DNA of 64,000 bases. Source: Candidatus Dormiibacterota bacterium (GTDB lineage Bacteria > Chloroflexota > Dormibacteria > Aeolococcales > Aeolococcaceae). The translations under genes were made by a program, and so were the position numbers. The stretch is from the NCBI GenBank assembly GCA_036561525.1, contig DATBPD010000079.1, forward strand, positions 405-64,404, given 5' to 3'. Each line of letters opens with the position of its first letter. Positions within the stretch are counted from its first letter, which is position 1. The notes beneath the pieces were generated by a model that had not been told where the DNA came from, ran no database searches, and saw only the letters and a program-made list of their open reading frames with translations. Below, in pieces: positions 26,798 to 36,620 of the stretch.

Positions 26798-28341
26798 GAT
26801 TGGACTCCACCTGCGGTGGGTGCGTGGTCGGCGTTTCTGACGTGATCCTCGCCGGGCACGGGGTCTGCGGGCACCACCAGCGCGCCCGCCAGGTGTCGAG
26901 CCGGCTCGGCGACGGCGTCGGGATGAATGTACGCCCCACCGGGCACCGGCATGAACTGCTCCGGGTATCCCCACATGCCGTGCTCGCTGATGTCAAGGCC
27001 GTCGATCTCGTGGCGCTCGCTGACGCGCAGACCGACTGTCTTCCTGATGGCCCAGAACAGCCCGTAGCTGAGCGCGAAGACGGTGACGAAGGCCGCGCTG
27101 ACGGCTGCCGCCTGGGCACCGAGCTGCTTGAAGCTGCCGGTGTAGACGAGACCACCCTGGCCGACGCCGTTGAACGCCGCCAGCTGCGGGTCGGTGAACA
27201 GTCCGCACGACAACGTGCCCCAGATGCCGGCGAGGCCGTGGGCGCTGAGCGCGCCGACTGGGTCGTCGATCCACTTGTCGATGGCGATGACGCCGAAGAC
27301 CACGATCACCCCGGCCACGGCGCCGATGATGATCGCTGCCCAGGGCTGCACATAGCCGCTCGGGGCGGTGATCGCAACCAGGGCAGCGATGGCGCCGTTG
27401 CCGATCATGCCGACGTCGACTGACTTCTGCAGCCGGTAGATCGTCGCCATCGCGGCCAGGGCCCCGGCCGCGGCCGCCAGGTTGGTCGTGATCACCACAT
27501 CGGCGAAGTGCAGGTTGGTGGCGTTCAGGGTGGAGCCGGGGTTGAAACCGAACCAGCCGAACCAGAGGATGATGACGCCGAGCTGGGCCAGCGGCATGCT
27601 GTGCCCGGGAATGGCATTCGGCTTTTTGTCACGTGAGTACTTGCCGATGCGCGGTCCAAGAAGCAGGAGTCCCGCAAATCCCGCCGTCGCCCCGGTGAGG
27701 TGAACGACCGTCGAGCCGGCGAAGTCCTGGGCTCCAAGAGAGGTCATCAGCCAGCCGCCACCGAACAACCAGTGACTGATCATCGGGTAGATGAAGCCCG
27801 CGAAGGGGATGGCGAACAGGATGTAGACGATGAACTTGGTGCGCTCCAGCATGGTGCCCCACACGATCGCCAGCGACACCGCGCAGAACACGAACTCGAA
27901 GAAGAACTTGGCGGCGGCCGGCGCCGTGGACGCCGCGTTGAGGATGGGCAGGTTCAGTGTCGAGCCCGGATGGAACGACGGCGCGAAGCCGGTCACCCCG
28001 ATCAGGCTGTTGGTGAAACCGGTGGCCGCTCCGAACGCGAAGGCGAACCCGCAGATCCAGTAGACGATCGAGCTGATGCTGAGGTTGACGATGACCTTGG
28101 CGACCACCGTGCCCACGTTCTTCATGCGCGTGAAGCCCACCTCGAGCATCGCGAAACCGGCTTGCATGAAGAGCACCAGGCACGCCGCCACCACCACCCA
28201 CACAGTGTCCGCCGCGATCCCGGCCGCCTGCGTCGCGGTGGTGTCGGCCGCGTGGGCAGTCAGCGGCAGCAGGGCAAGCGCGGCGGCGCCGGCGGCGGCG
28301 AATCGGATCCGGGTTCGTCGGTGCAACGGCGTACTCCTCAT
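26794..28341 (-). CDS. amtB: ammonium transporter
   Basis: 515 aa. N-terminal signal-like segment, 11 TM Amt/Mep core (FAMLEVG, AGSTVVHL, GFNPGS, LSAHGLAGIWG) and a C-terminal cytoplasmic extension of ~60 aa. Confidence 0.95.
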   Translation of the reverse strand: MRSTPLHRRTRIRFAAAGAAALALLPLTAHAADTTATQAAGIAADTVWVVVAACLVLFMQAGFAMLEVGFTRMKNVGTVVAKVIVNLSISSIVYWICGFAFAFGAATGFTNSLIGVTGFAPSFHPGSTLNLPILNAASTAPAAAKFFFEFVFCAVSLAIVWGTMLERTKFIVYILFAIPFAGFIYPMISHWLFGGGWLMTSLGAQDFAGSTVVHLTGATAGFAGLLLLGPRIGKYSRDKKPNAIPGHSMPLAQLGVIILWFGWFGFNPGSTLNATNLHFADVVITTNLAAAAGALAAMATIYRLQKSVDVGMIGNGAIAALVAITAPSGYVQPWAAIIIGAVAGVIVVFGVIAIDKWIDDPVGALSAHGLAGIWGTLSCGLFTDPQLAAFNGVGQGGLVYTGSFKQLGAQAAAVSAAFVTVFALSYGLFWAIRKTVGLRVSERHEIDGLDISEHGMWGYPEQFMPVPGGAYIHPDAVAEPARHLAGALVVPADPVPGEDHVRNADHAPTAGGVQS

Positions 28342-28407
28342 CCCAGCTTTCGGTCGCGTTGCCCAAGACTAGGGAGCACGGGCCGCGCGGTTCGATGCGC
28401 GTGCCGC

Positions 28408-28433
28408 CACAAGTTGCCGCGTGCCAGCTTGTG
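28408..28433. promoter_or_regulatory. inverted repeat CACAAG-N14-CTTGTG upstream of amtB
   Basis: Perfect 6-bp arms read directly, 67-92 nt upstream of the amtB ATG. Same overall span and position as the glnA repeat but a different sequence. Confidence 0.3.
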
Positions 28434-28474
28434 CGCCAAGTACAACGACGGCCCGCAGCCGCTGCGAGGATGCC

Positions 28475-30106
28475 TCAGCGCGCAGCTGCGGCGGTGCCGG
28501 GAAGCACCTCGCGAATCCGCAGGCAGAGATGGAGGTTGAGGCGCGTCGTCGCGTCGTCGAGCTGGAGCCCGCCGATCTCCTCGATCCGCCGCAGCCGGTA
28601 CAGCACGGTGTTGCGATGCAGGTGGAGGCGCTGCGCGGTGTCGGTCGGCGACCCGTGGCAGTGGAAGTAGGCGTCGAGCGTCTCCATCAGACCCGAGCCG
28701 GTGCGATCGTCGTAGGCGACCAGCGCCCCGGCCGTCTGCGCGTAGAAGTCATCGAGCTCGGCGTGCTGGGTCATCGCCACCAGCAGCCTGTGCAGGCCGA
28801 GATCCGAGAACGTCGCCACCGCGCGCGGGGCCTTGAGCCGGGCGCTGATGCGGAGCGCGTGCTCGGCCTCACGATGCGACTGGCGGACACCCTGCGGGCC
28901 GCTTCGCGGCCGTCCCACCCCGACGATGACCTCGTCGCGCAGCGCCGCGGCGCAGTCGGCGCGCAGCGCCTCGGCCACCAGCCGGTTGCGCTCGTGCGGG
29001 TCGGCGGCGATGTCTGCCACCACCGCGCACACGGCGCCGTCGTGTGCGACCAGCAGGGAGCCCGCCGCACTGCGCGCCAGACAGCGGCGAGCGGCCACCA
29101 TCAGTGTGTCGAGGGCGCCGGTGCTCGTGTTACGGCCACGAATGACGAGAACGCTGAAGCGCTCGCCCAGCTCGAACCCCAGGCGGCGGGCTCGCTCGGT
29201 GGCACCGAGCTCGGAGCCGTACGAGCCGTCGAGGAGGGCGGCGACCAGCTCGCCTTCGACGTCGTCGCGAGCGCGCAGCACCGCACGCTCACGGTCGAGC
29301 TCGATCGCGCAGGCCGACGCGCCCCGGGCAACCGCCACCCGGTCGACCTGGCCCAGCTGGTGTTCCTCGCCGATCAACGACACGAAGCCGTGGACTCCAT
29401 CGCGTCCCGGGATGGGCGCGACCAGACGGCTCCGCCCGCGGGGCAGCCCGAACTCGTTGACCGGAGGATCGGCTGCGGGCACGGTCTGGCCGGCGACCCA
29501 GCGCAGCAGCTCCTCCCCGTTGCCGAGCGCGTCGCGCACGGGGCGGGGCAGCTCGCCACACACAGTACGCAGGCTGCCGCTGGCGTCGTGCCATGCCACC
29601 GCCCGTCCGGTGATCTCGCCGAGCCGCGCCACGATCGCGTCGGCGCCGGCCCCGCCGAGCGCGAGCTGCATCAGCTCCATCTGCAACTGCTGGGCACGGT
29701 CATGAAGGACTGTCCGCTGCTCGACGATGAACCGGACCACAGACTGCTGCATCTCGGTGACGTGAGCGCCGTCGGGAAGTCGGAGCAGGGGCATGTGGCG
29801 GCGTTCGGCGACGCCGAGGCTCCCAGGCGACGCATCGCCGACCACGGCGACGGCGACGCCGCCCTTCTCAGCCAGGCCGTTCATGACGTCGGCGAGGTCG
29901 AGCCGCTCGTCGAGAAGCTTGATCGACGCCACCGGCACCATCGCCATCTCACCGCCCTTGATGGCCTCGAAGGCCGGTGGGCGGGTGCGCAGCGTCGTCG
30001 CCCATTCGACGCGACGATCGAGGCCCGCACCGCCGCCGAGCAGCTCGGTGCCCTCGGGCAGCGCCCCGCGCCATACATCGCGCACGGTGATGAGGGCGCT
30101 CTCCAT
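28475..30106 (-). CDS. PucR-family transcriptional regulator
   Basis: 543 aa from internal ATG 30106 (MESALITVRDV...). C-terminal PucR-type HTH LHLHRNTVLYRLRRIEEI. The upstream part of the track ORF overlaps the GS-like gene. Confidence 0.8.
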   Translation of the reverse strand: MESALITVRDVWRGALPEGTELLGGGAGLDRRVEWATTLRTRPPAFEAIKGGEMAMVPVASIKLLDERLDLADVMNGLAEKGGVAVAVVGDASPGSLGVAERRHMPLLRLPDGAHVTEMQQSVVRFIVEQRTVLHDRAQQLQMELMQLALGGAGADAIVARLGEITGRAVAWHDASGSLRTVCGELPRPVRDALGNGEELLRWVAGQTVPAADPPVNEFGLPRGRSRLVAPIPGRDGVHGFVSLIGEEHQLGQVDRVAVARGASACAIELDRERAVLRARDDVEGELVAALLDGSYGSELGATERARRLGFELGERFSVLVIRGRNTSTGALDTLMVAARRCLARSAAGSLLVAHDGAVCAVVADIAADPHERNRLVAEALRADCAAALRDEVIVGVGRPRSGPQGVRQSHREAEHALRISARLKAPRAVATFSDLGLHRLLVAMTQHAELDDFYAQTAGALVAYDDRTGSGLMETLDAYFHCHGSPTDTAQRLHLHRNTVLYRLRRIEEIGGLQLDDATTRLNLHLCLRIREVLPGTAAAAR

Positions 30107-30140
30107 CAGGCCGCACTCGGGGCCGTGGTCACCGCCATGC

Positions 30141-31487
30141 TCAGGCGCGCTCCAGGTAGCGCTCCAGCTCCCAGCCAGTGACCTGGCCACGGTACTCGCG
30201 CCACTCCGCCCGCTTGGCCTCGAGGAAGCGGTCGGCCAGGTTGTCGCCAAGTGCGTCACGAACCACGTCGTCGTCCGCGCAGGCGTCGACTGCATCCTTG
30301 AGGTTGTCGGGCAGCAGGCCGACGTTGCGCCGTTCCAGCTCGACCTCGTCGAAGCCGTACAAAGCCTCCTCGACGGGCGGCGGCAACGGCAGGCGGCGCT
30401 CGATGCCGTCAAGCCCGCAGCGGAGCATCACCGCGAAGGCGAGGTAGGGATTGCACGATGGATCCGGGCTGCGCAGCTCCACACGAACGGCCTGGGTGCG
30501 CGAGACGTGCGGAACTCGGATCAGCGCACCCCGGTTGGTGCGCGCCCACGAGAGGAAGATGGGCGCTTCGAGGCCGCGCACCAGGCGCTTGTATGAGTTC
30601 ACCAGCGGGGCGAGCACCAGGCACATTCCCGCCGCGTGGTGCAGCTGGCCGGCGATGAAGTGCTTGGCGACGTCGCTGAGCCCGTAGTCGTCGGCCCCGG
30701 TGAAGGCGTTGCCGCCACCGCTGCGTCCGAGGCTCTGGTGCACGTGCATGCCGCTGCCCGGCTGATCGTTGAACGGCTTGGGCATGAAGCTGGCGATCAG
30801 ACCGGCGCGCTGCGCCACGGCCTGCATGGCGAGCCTGAAGGTGACCACCGCGTCGGCGGCGGCGAGCACCTCGCCCGCGCCGAGATCGACCTCGTGCTGG
30901 CCGGGCGCCACCTCGTGGTGGGCGCTGTTGACCTCGACGCCGACGGCCGCCGCGGCGGCGAGCATCGCCTGGCGCAGGTCTGTGGCGCCGACGCCGGTGA
31001 CGTCGAAATAGCCCACGGTGTCGTCGCTGCGGGCCACCGGCGCGCCGTCGATGCCGCGCTCCAGGACGAAGAACTCGATCTCGGGGCCGACCCGATAGTC
31101 GTAACCGAGGGCACCGGCATGGTCGACAGCGCGTTGGAGCGCGCCCCGCGGGTCGCCGCTGTAGGGCTCGCCGTAGGGAGTCCGCGCCCAGCAGATCAGG
31201 CGAGCGGTCGGTTCGGCGGCCCAGGGCAGCACCTGGAGGGTGGTGGGGTCGGGCACCAGGTACATGTCGCTTTCTGCGGTTCTGGTGAATCCCTCCACCG
31301 AGCTGCCGTCGAACCAGACGCCGCGATCGAGAGCGGCGTCGAGGCCGGAGGCGGGGATGGTGACGGTCTTGACGGTGCCGAGCACGTCGCTGAACTGGAG
31401 GTGGATGTTGCGCACGCCGGTGTCTGCGAGTTGGGCGGCGAGGTGGCGAGCCCCGGCTGCGTCGGTGGCCGTTGATCGAGAGCTCAT
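30141..31487 (-). CDS. glutamine synthetase family protein (GlnA2/3-like; possibly gamma-glutamyl-amine ligase)
   Basis: 448 aa from internal ATG 31487 with an AGGAGA Shine-Dalgarno sequence. GS motifs: IHLQFSDVLG, GPEIEFF, GSGMHVHQS, NSYKRL. Substrate cannot be called from the sequence. Confidence 0.85.
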   Translation of the reverse strand: MSSRSTATDAAGARHLAAQLADTGVRNIHLQFSDVLGTVKTVTIPASGLDAALDRGVWFDGSSVEGFTRTAESDMYLVPDPTTLQVLPWAAEPTARLICWARTPYGEPYSGDPRGALQRAVDHAGALGYDYRVGPEIEFFVLERGIDGAPVARSDDTVGYFDVTGVGATDLRQAMLAAAAAVGVEVNSAHHEVAPGQHEVDLGAGEVLAAADAVVTFRLAMQAVAQRAGLIASFMPKPFNDQPGSGMHVHQSLGRSGGGNAFTGADDYGLSDVAKHFIAGQLHHAAGMCLVLAPLVNSYKRLVRGLEAPIFLSWARTNRGALIRVPHVSRTQAVRVELRSPDPSCNPYLAFAVMLRCGLDGIERRLPLPPPVEEALYGFDEVELERRNVGLLPDNLKDAVDACADDDVVRDALGDNLADRFLEAKRAEWREYRGQVTGWELERYLERA

Positions 31488-31614
31488 GGCCTGTCTCCTA
31501 TGCGGTGCGCACAAGGATACGGTGGAATTTCTGGCATGGTAGCGCGTGGAGCCGCCGATCGTCCTCCAACCAGTGGTCAGACTTGTGCTCCGCGCCTCAG
31601 TCGGGCGCCAACTA

Positions 31615-32916
31615 TCAGAGCGTCGGGCCGGTGGGCTGTGGGATGAGGCGGCTCCTGCAGATCTGCGCAAACACCGCCGCGCTTGGCTTGGGGACCCGCT
31701 CCTGGGTCTGTCTGTCGACGGCGATCAGGCCGAACCGCCGTGCGTAGCCCTCGGCCCACTCGAAGTTGTCCATCGAGCTCCAGTGCAGGTAGCCGCGCAC
31801 ATCGACGCCGGCGCCGAGCGCCTCGCAGACCGCCTCGAGGTGGTCGACGATGAAACCCGGGCGAAGCTCGTCGTGCTCGTCTGCGACACCGTTCTCGGTG
31901 ATGACGATGGGCAGATGGAACTCCTCCCACAACGCAACCAGCGCGCGGCGCAGCGCGGCGGGCTCGATCGCCCAGCCGAAGGACGACAGCGGAAGGTCCG
32001 GTACGGTGACGTTCTCGGCGAACAGCCCGGCGACGTTGCGGACGTTGAAACGCACCCGCTCCTCGCAGTAGAAGTTGAGACCGATGTAGTCGAGCGACCC
32101 ACGCAACCCGCCGACCACCTCGCCGGCGCCGACCGGGGGCAACATCCGACCGGTGCGGCAGGCCCGCAGGAACCAGCGATTGAACAGCCAGTTGGGGATC
32201 ACCGTCGCGGCGCGATCGAGCAGCGAACGCGGGTCGAGCGGCTGCAGCGGCCGCTCGTGGTGCGCGATCGAGATGTGCGCTGTCCAGCCGTGCGCGGCGG
32301 CAACCTGACGCACGGCGGTGGCCCCCGCTGCGTGCATCCGGGCCAGGCCGCCGAGCGCGGCCAGGAATCCTCGCGTCCCCCGCTGCAGGGGGGGCCATTC
32401 GCCGTACAGGTATCCGAACACCGCCAGAACTGACGGCTCGTTGATCGTGATCCACCAGCGCACCTCGGCGCCGACTGCCTGCGCGCACGCCGCCGCGAAG
32501 CGCGCGAAGAGCTGCGGTGCGTCGGGGTCGAGCACCCCCCCACGATCGGCAAGCCATGCCGGCAGCGTGAAGTGCTGCAGCGTCACCACCGGTTCGAGAC
32601 CGAGCGCGCGGCAGGTGTGGACGACGTCGCGGTAGTGACGGAGCTCGTCGCCCTTGAACACACCCTGGCGCGGCTCGACTCGCGCCCACTCGATGGAGAA
32701 GCGGTGGGCGTTGTGACCCATCCCGGCGAGCTGCTCCAGGTCGGCGCGGTAGCGGGAGTGATGATCGCAGGCGATGCCCGACACCGTGCCGTCCCTGATC
32801 CGCTCAGGGTGGTCGCGTTCCATGCGCGTCCAATCGTTGTCGAGCCCGCCCTCCACCTGGTGGGCGGCGGTCGCGCAGCCGAGGAGAAAGTCCTCGGGCA
32901 GGCGGGCCGCGGTCAC
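31615..32916 (-). CDS. beta-glucosidase, glycoside hydrolase family 1
   Basis: Start moved to GTG 32916, 1 nt after the TusA-like stop. Motifs: GCATAAHQVEG, acid/base ITINEP, nucleophile VITENG. Confidence 0.85.
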   Translation of the reverse strand: MTAARLPEDFLLGCATAAHQVEGGLDNDWTRMERDHPERIRDGTVSGIACDHHSRYRADLEQLAGMGHNAHRFSIEWARVEPRQGVFKGDELRHYRDVVHTCRALGLEPVVTLQHFTLPAWLADRGGVLDPDAPQLFARFAAACAQAVGAEVRWWITINEPSVLAVFGYLYGEWPPLQRGTRGFLAALGGLARMHAAGATAVRQVAAAHGWTAHISIAHHERPLQPLDPRSLLDRAATVIPNWLFNRWFLRACRTGRMLPPVGAGEVVGGLRGSLDYIGLNFYCEERVRFNVRNVAGLFAENVTVPDLPLSSFGWAIEPAALRRALVALWEEFHLPIVITENGVADEHDELRPGFIVDHLEAVCEALGAGVDVRGYLHWSSMDNFEWAEGYARRFGLIAVDRQTQERVPKPSAAVFAQICRSRLIPQPTGPTL

Positions 32917-32917
32917 C

Positions 32918-33199
32918 TCAGCGCGGGCGGCGCACGCGCAGGACCGTACCCCCGCTGGCGCGGTGGTCACCGATCAGGTGCGCACCCGCGCGGCGAGCCC
33001 AGACACGAACCGCGAAGGCCTGCTCGGCGATCGGGGTCCTCACCTCGATGACCTGGCCGGGCGCGAGAGCGTCGTAACCACGCCGGACCCGACCGAGCGC
33101 GGGGTCGCCGCACTCCTGCTCGGCGTCGGCGAGGTCGAGGACGGCGGCCGGAGCGAGCGCGCTGCCCGCTCCGGCCGCGGAGTCGTCGAGCGAGGTCAC
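32918..33199 (-). CDS. TusA/SirA-family sulfur-carrier-like protein
   Basis: 93 aa from GTG 33199, which overlaps the rhodanese stop (GTGA). LDLADAEQECGDP...APGQVIEVRT aligns by eye with the TusA pattern LD-x5-C-P-x-P...PGE-x-L-x-I. Confidence 0.5.
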   Translation of the reverse strand: MTSLDDSAAGAGSALAPAAVLDLADAEQECGDPALGRVRRGYDALAPGQVIEVRTPIAEQAFAVRVWARRAGAHLIGDHRASGGTVLRVRRPR

Positions 33200-34071
33200 G
33201 CGCCTACTGTCGCCGCCTCGTGCACTTCCTTCTCGACGGGCACACCGACCGAGTTGCCCCACTCGCTCCACGAGCCGTCGTAGTTGCTGACCGTCGGGAA
33301 ACCGAGCAGGTAGCGGAGCACGAACCAGGTGTGCGACGAGCGCTCGCCGATGCGGCAGTAGGTGATCACCGGGGTCTCGCCGGTGACCCCCTGCGCGGCG
33401 TAGAGTGCGCGCAGCTCGTCTGCCGACTTGAAGGTGTCATCGTCCTTGATCGCCTGTGCCCAGGGGATGTTGGCCGCCCCCGGGATGTGCCCGGCACGCT
33501 GCGCACCCTCGTTGGCGTACTCCGGCGGCGCGGAGATCTCGCCCTTGAACTCGGCGGGGGAACGGACGTCGACGAGGTTGAAGTCATCGCGGCCCAGGAC
33601 CTGCCGGACGTCGGGGAGGAACGCACGCAGGCTGGTGTCGGCATCCGCGGCGCGGTACTGGGTCGGGGTGAAGCTGGGCACGTCTTCGGTGCTGGGCCGA
33701 CCCTCCTCGAACCACTTGCGCCGGCCGCCGTTGAGCAGACGGATGTCACGGTGGCCGTAGATGGTGAAGGTCCAGTGGGCAAAGGCCGCGAACCAATTGC
33801 GCATGTCGCCATACAGGATGAGCGTGGTGTCCGGCGTCGCGCCGACTCGGCTGAGCAGCCGCTCGAACTGCTCGCGCGACAGGATGTCACGGCGCACGGT
33901 GTCGTTGATGTCGCGCTTCCAGTCGATCAGCGCCGAGCCTGGGATGTGACCCAACTCATAGGCGCTGCTCGGGTCGTAGTCGACCTCGAGGACGCGGACC
34001 TTGTCGTCGTCGAGGTGATCCTGGAGCCACTCCGTGGTGACCAGTGCCTCCGGATGCGCGTACTCGGCCAT
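33196..34071 (-). CDS. thiosulfate/3-mercaptopyruvate sulfurtransferase (tandem rhodanese domains)
   Basis: 291 aa with active-site loop CRIGERSS in the second rhodanese domain. GGGAGGG Shine-Dalgarno sequence upstream. Confidence 0.85.
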   Translation of the reverse strand: MAEYAHPEALVTTEWLQDHLDDDKVRVLEVDYDPSSAYELGHIPGSALIDWKRDINDTVRRDILSREQFERLLSRVGATPDTTLILYGDMRNWFAAFAHWTFTIYGHRDIRLLNGGRRKWFEEGRPSTEDVPSFTPTQYRAADADTSLRAFLPDVRQVLGRDDFNLVDVRSPAEFKGEISAPPEYANEGAQRAGHIPGAANIPWAQAIKDDDTFKSADELRALYAAQGVTGETPVITYCRIGERSSHTWFVLRYLLGFPTVSNYDGSWSEWGNSVGVPVEKEVHEAATVGA

Positions 34072-34212
34072 GTGGTGCCCTCCCTGGGTAGGCCCGGTTG
34101 GCGATGGAAAACCCGACCATATTACTCATGATTGGACGCGGGACGTCGCCGGCGATCGTGGAGCCGGTGCCCATAATGGCGGCGGTCGGTTGCGGTTGGG
34201 TTCGGAGGCACC

Positions 34213-34434
34213 ATGAGCGAGGACGTCGCGGCGGAGCAGGCGGAGGTCTTCCAGCGGCATGTGCCCGGCACCGTGCGGCTGATGACCAGCGAGCCGATCC
34301 CCATGCCCGCGTCGGCGGCTTCCGGGCAGGGCTCGCTGCGCGAACAGCTCGAGGAGCGTCCCTGGCTGCTCGCGTTCGGTTTCCTCGCGGTGGTGGGCTT
34401 CTTCCTCATGCTCCGCGCGCGCCGCTCGGACTGA
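34213..34434 (+). CDS. small C-terminally TM-anchored protein (73 aa)
   Basis: GGAGG Shine-Dalgarno sequence 4 nt before the ATG. C-terminal helix WLLAFGFLAVVGFFLML followed by RARRSD. Confidence 0.5.
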   Translation: MSEDVAAEQAEVFQRHVPGTVRLMTSEPIPMPASAASGQGSLREQLEERPWLLAFGFLAVVGFFLMLRARRSD

Positions 34435-34443
34435 GCCGATCGG

Positions 34444-35553
34444 TCAGCGTCGCTTCGCCGGGCGTCGTGTCGGCGCTCCGGCCGCTCGAGCACTCGGCGC
34501 TGGCGCGGGGGGAGCCTCGGCGAGGGCATCAGGCAACCGGGGCGGCTGAACCGGCGGCGGGGCCGCTGGGCCGTTGAAGATGTCGAGGAACAGGGTCTCG
34601 AAGGTCAGCCGCGGCTGAGCGTACTGAGATATCTGCGCGCGGGCGCGGAGCAGCAGCCCGAGGATGTCGGTGAGGCGCGCCGGGCCCAGGCTCTCGGCCC
34701 AGCGTTCGAGCGGATCCGCGTAGTCAGTCCAGAGCCGCAGCTGCGGGACGGCGGCGGCCTGGCAGACGGCGTCGCGCACGAATGACGACCAGACGGACAG
34801 CAGCAGGGTGGCGCGCTCACGCCCCTCCACCCCGGCGCCCGGGGTCAGCTCAGAGGCGGCGCGCAGGGCACCTTCCAGGCCGCCGCCCGCGATCGCCAGG
34901 AAGGCGTGCAGCGCTTGCACCTCTGCCACCATCAGGCCAGGCTCGGACGCCAAACGCTGCGCCCGCCCGGGGCGACCGCCGCTCAGGGCGGCCGCGAGCG
35001 TGGCGAGGCGCGATTCGACGCCGCCTTGTTGGAGCCACGATGCGATGCGCGCGCTGTCGACGATGCCGACGGCGACCTGCTGGGCGCGCGAGAGAAGCGT
35101 CGCCGGGAGCGCCTCGGGGTTGGCCGCGCACAGCATGATCAGCGTGTCCGGCGGCGGCTCCTCCAGCGTCTTGAGCAGTGCGTCAGCCGCCTGTTCGGTG
35201 AGCCGGTCGGCGCGCGCCATCACCGCCACCCGCGTGCCGCCCGCGTAAGTGCGCAGGGACATCGCGTCCTGGAGGCTACGCCCGGCATCGGCGGAGGCAC
35301 CCGGACGGACCCGGTCGATGCCGATGCGCTCCGCGTCGGAGTCCTCGAGCCACAGATCGGGATGGGCGAGCAGGCCACCGGGCCAATCGCCGCCGCTCAG
35401 GATCACGTCGGCGAGCTGCAGGGCCGTGGCCGTCTTGCCCACCCCGGCGGGGCCGGTGAGCAGTAGCGCATGACCCAACCGGCCTTCGGCGCGGGCGTTG
35501 GCAAGGCGGGTGAAGACCGCCTCGTGGCCGATCACTGCGGAGGGGGCGGCCAT
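34444..35553 (-). CDS. holB: DNA polymerase III subunit delta-prime
   Basis: 369 aa from internal ATG 35553. Motifs: GHEAV...LGHALLLTGPAGVGKT, LKTLEEPP. Confidence 0.8.
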   Translation of the reverse strand: MAAPSAVIGHEAVFTRLANARAEGRLGHALLLTGPAGVGKTATALQLADVILSGGDWPGGLLAHPDLWLEDSDAERIGIDRVRPGASADAGRSLQDAMSLRTYAGGTRVAVMARADRLTEQAADALLKTLEEPPPDTLIMLCAANPEALPATLLSRAQQVAVGIVDSARIASWLQQGGVESRLATLAAALSGGRPGRAQRLASEPGLMVAEVQALHAFLAIAGGGLEGALRAASELTPGAGVEGRERATLLLSVWSSFVRDAVCQAAAVPQLRLWTDYADPLERWAESLGPARLTDILGLLLRARAQISQYAQPRLTFETLFLDIFNGPAAPPPVQPPRLPDALAEAPPAPAPSARAAGAPTRRPAKRR

Positions 35554-35661
35554 CCGGCGATTGTGCAGAATTGGCCGCCCGTGCCCCTGCTCCCAGCGCC
35601 TCGGGGCGCATCCTCCGTGCTCCTGCCGCAACGCGCGAACACAGCTCGTTACTGCCTGTGG

Positions 35662-36564
35662 ATGGGCGCGCCGCTGGCCTTCGCAACATTCCTGGCGTCG
35701 AGCCAGGGCGTCAAGGACGCGGGCGCTCGCGCGGCCCTGATCGTCGCTGCGGCGGTCGCCCCTGTGGTGCTGGCCTACGTCGGCCTCCGTGTACGCGCTG
35801 ACCACGACCCCGCCGCCCTGCCGGCAACACGGGCGAGCATCGGACGTGCGGGCCGATGGGACTGGACGGACATCATCGCCTTCCTCCCGGCCGCGGCTGC
35901 CGCCGTCTTCCTCACCGCCAGCCTGGTCGTCGGCGTCACCCAGGCTGCCGACCAGTCGCTGCAGCCGTCGGGGCGGACCGCCGTGGAGGCGTTCGCCGGC
36001 CAGGCGGCCTCCTACGCCGCTGCGCTCGCGGCGCTGCTGGTGCTGCTGCGCCTCCGCCGTGGCCTACGGGTCGCTGACCTGGGCTGGCGCCTGCCGCGAC
36101 CCTTCGGCCGCGCCGGGTGGTTGCCGTGGCTGGCGGTGAGCGTGGTGGGAGCGCTGGTCGCGCTCGAGGTGGCCGACTGGCTGGCCTCGCTGGCCGCCCA
36201 GATCCTGCCCAACTCGCCGAACACCCAATGCACCACAGTTCGCGACGAATATGGCGGTTACCTCGCGGTCGCGATACCGCTTGTCTGCCTGATCGCGCCG
36301 CTCAGCGAAGAGACCATCTTCCGGGGCTTCATCTACGGGTGGCTGCGCCGCCGCCTGCCGGTGCTCCCCGCGGTGGCGATCAGCGCGGCGGTGTTCTCAG
36401 CCACCCATCTCGTCCTGGTGCTCGCCCTGCCGCTGTTCGCGGTCGGCATCATCCTCGCCCTGCTCTACGAATACTCAGACTCGCTGCTGCCGGGCGCGCT
36501 GGTGCATGGCCTCTTCAACCTGGTCGGCATCCTTGCAATCCTCGGGGCCACCAGTACCTGCTGA
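35662..36564 (+). CDS. CPBP-family intramembrane glutamic endopeptidase (CAAX protease-like)
   Basis: 300 aa from internal ATG 35662. Motifs: SEETIFRG, FSATHL, HGLFN. Multiple TM helices. Confidence 0.8.
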   Translation: MGAPLAFATFLASSQGVKDAGARAALIVAAAVAPVVLAYVGLRVRADHDPAALPATRASIGRAGRWDWTDIIAFLPAAAAAVFLTASLVVGVTQAADQSLQPSGRTAVEAFAGQAASYAAALAALLVLLRLRRGLRVADLGWRLPRPFGRAGWLPWLAVSVVGALVALEVADWLASLAAQILPNSPNTQCTTVRDEYGGYLAVAIPLVCLIAPLSEETIFRGFIYGWLRRRLPVLPAVAISAAVFSATHLVLVLALPLFAVGIILALLYEYSDSLLPGALVHGLFNLVGILAILGATSTC

Positions 36565-36620
36565 GCGCGTCTACAGCGACGACTGGATGCGGCCTCCGTG
36601 CACCGCCAGCGTCACGCAGA

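Noticed and set aside
31541-31556. TGGCAT-N5-CGCG resembling a sigma-54 -24/-12 element.
   Set aside because: The GG/GC spacing is off by one from the TGGCAC-N5-TTGC consensus. The element also points into the 3' end of the GH1 gene rather than toward any start codon.
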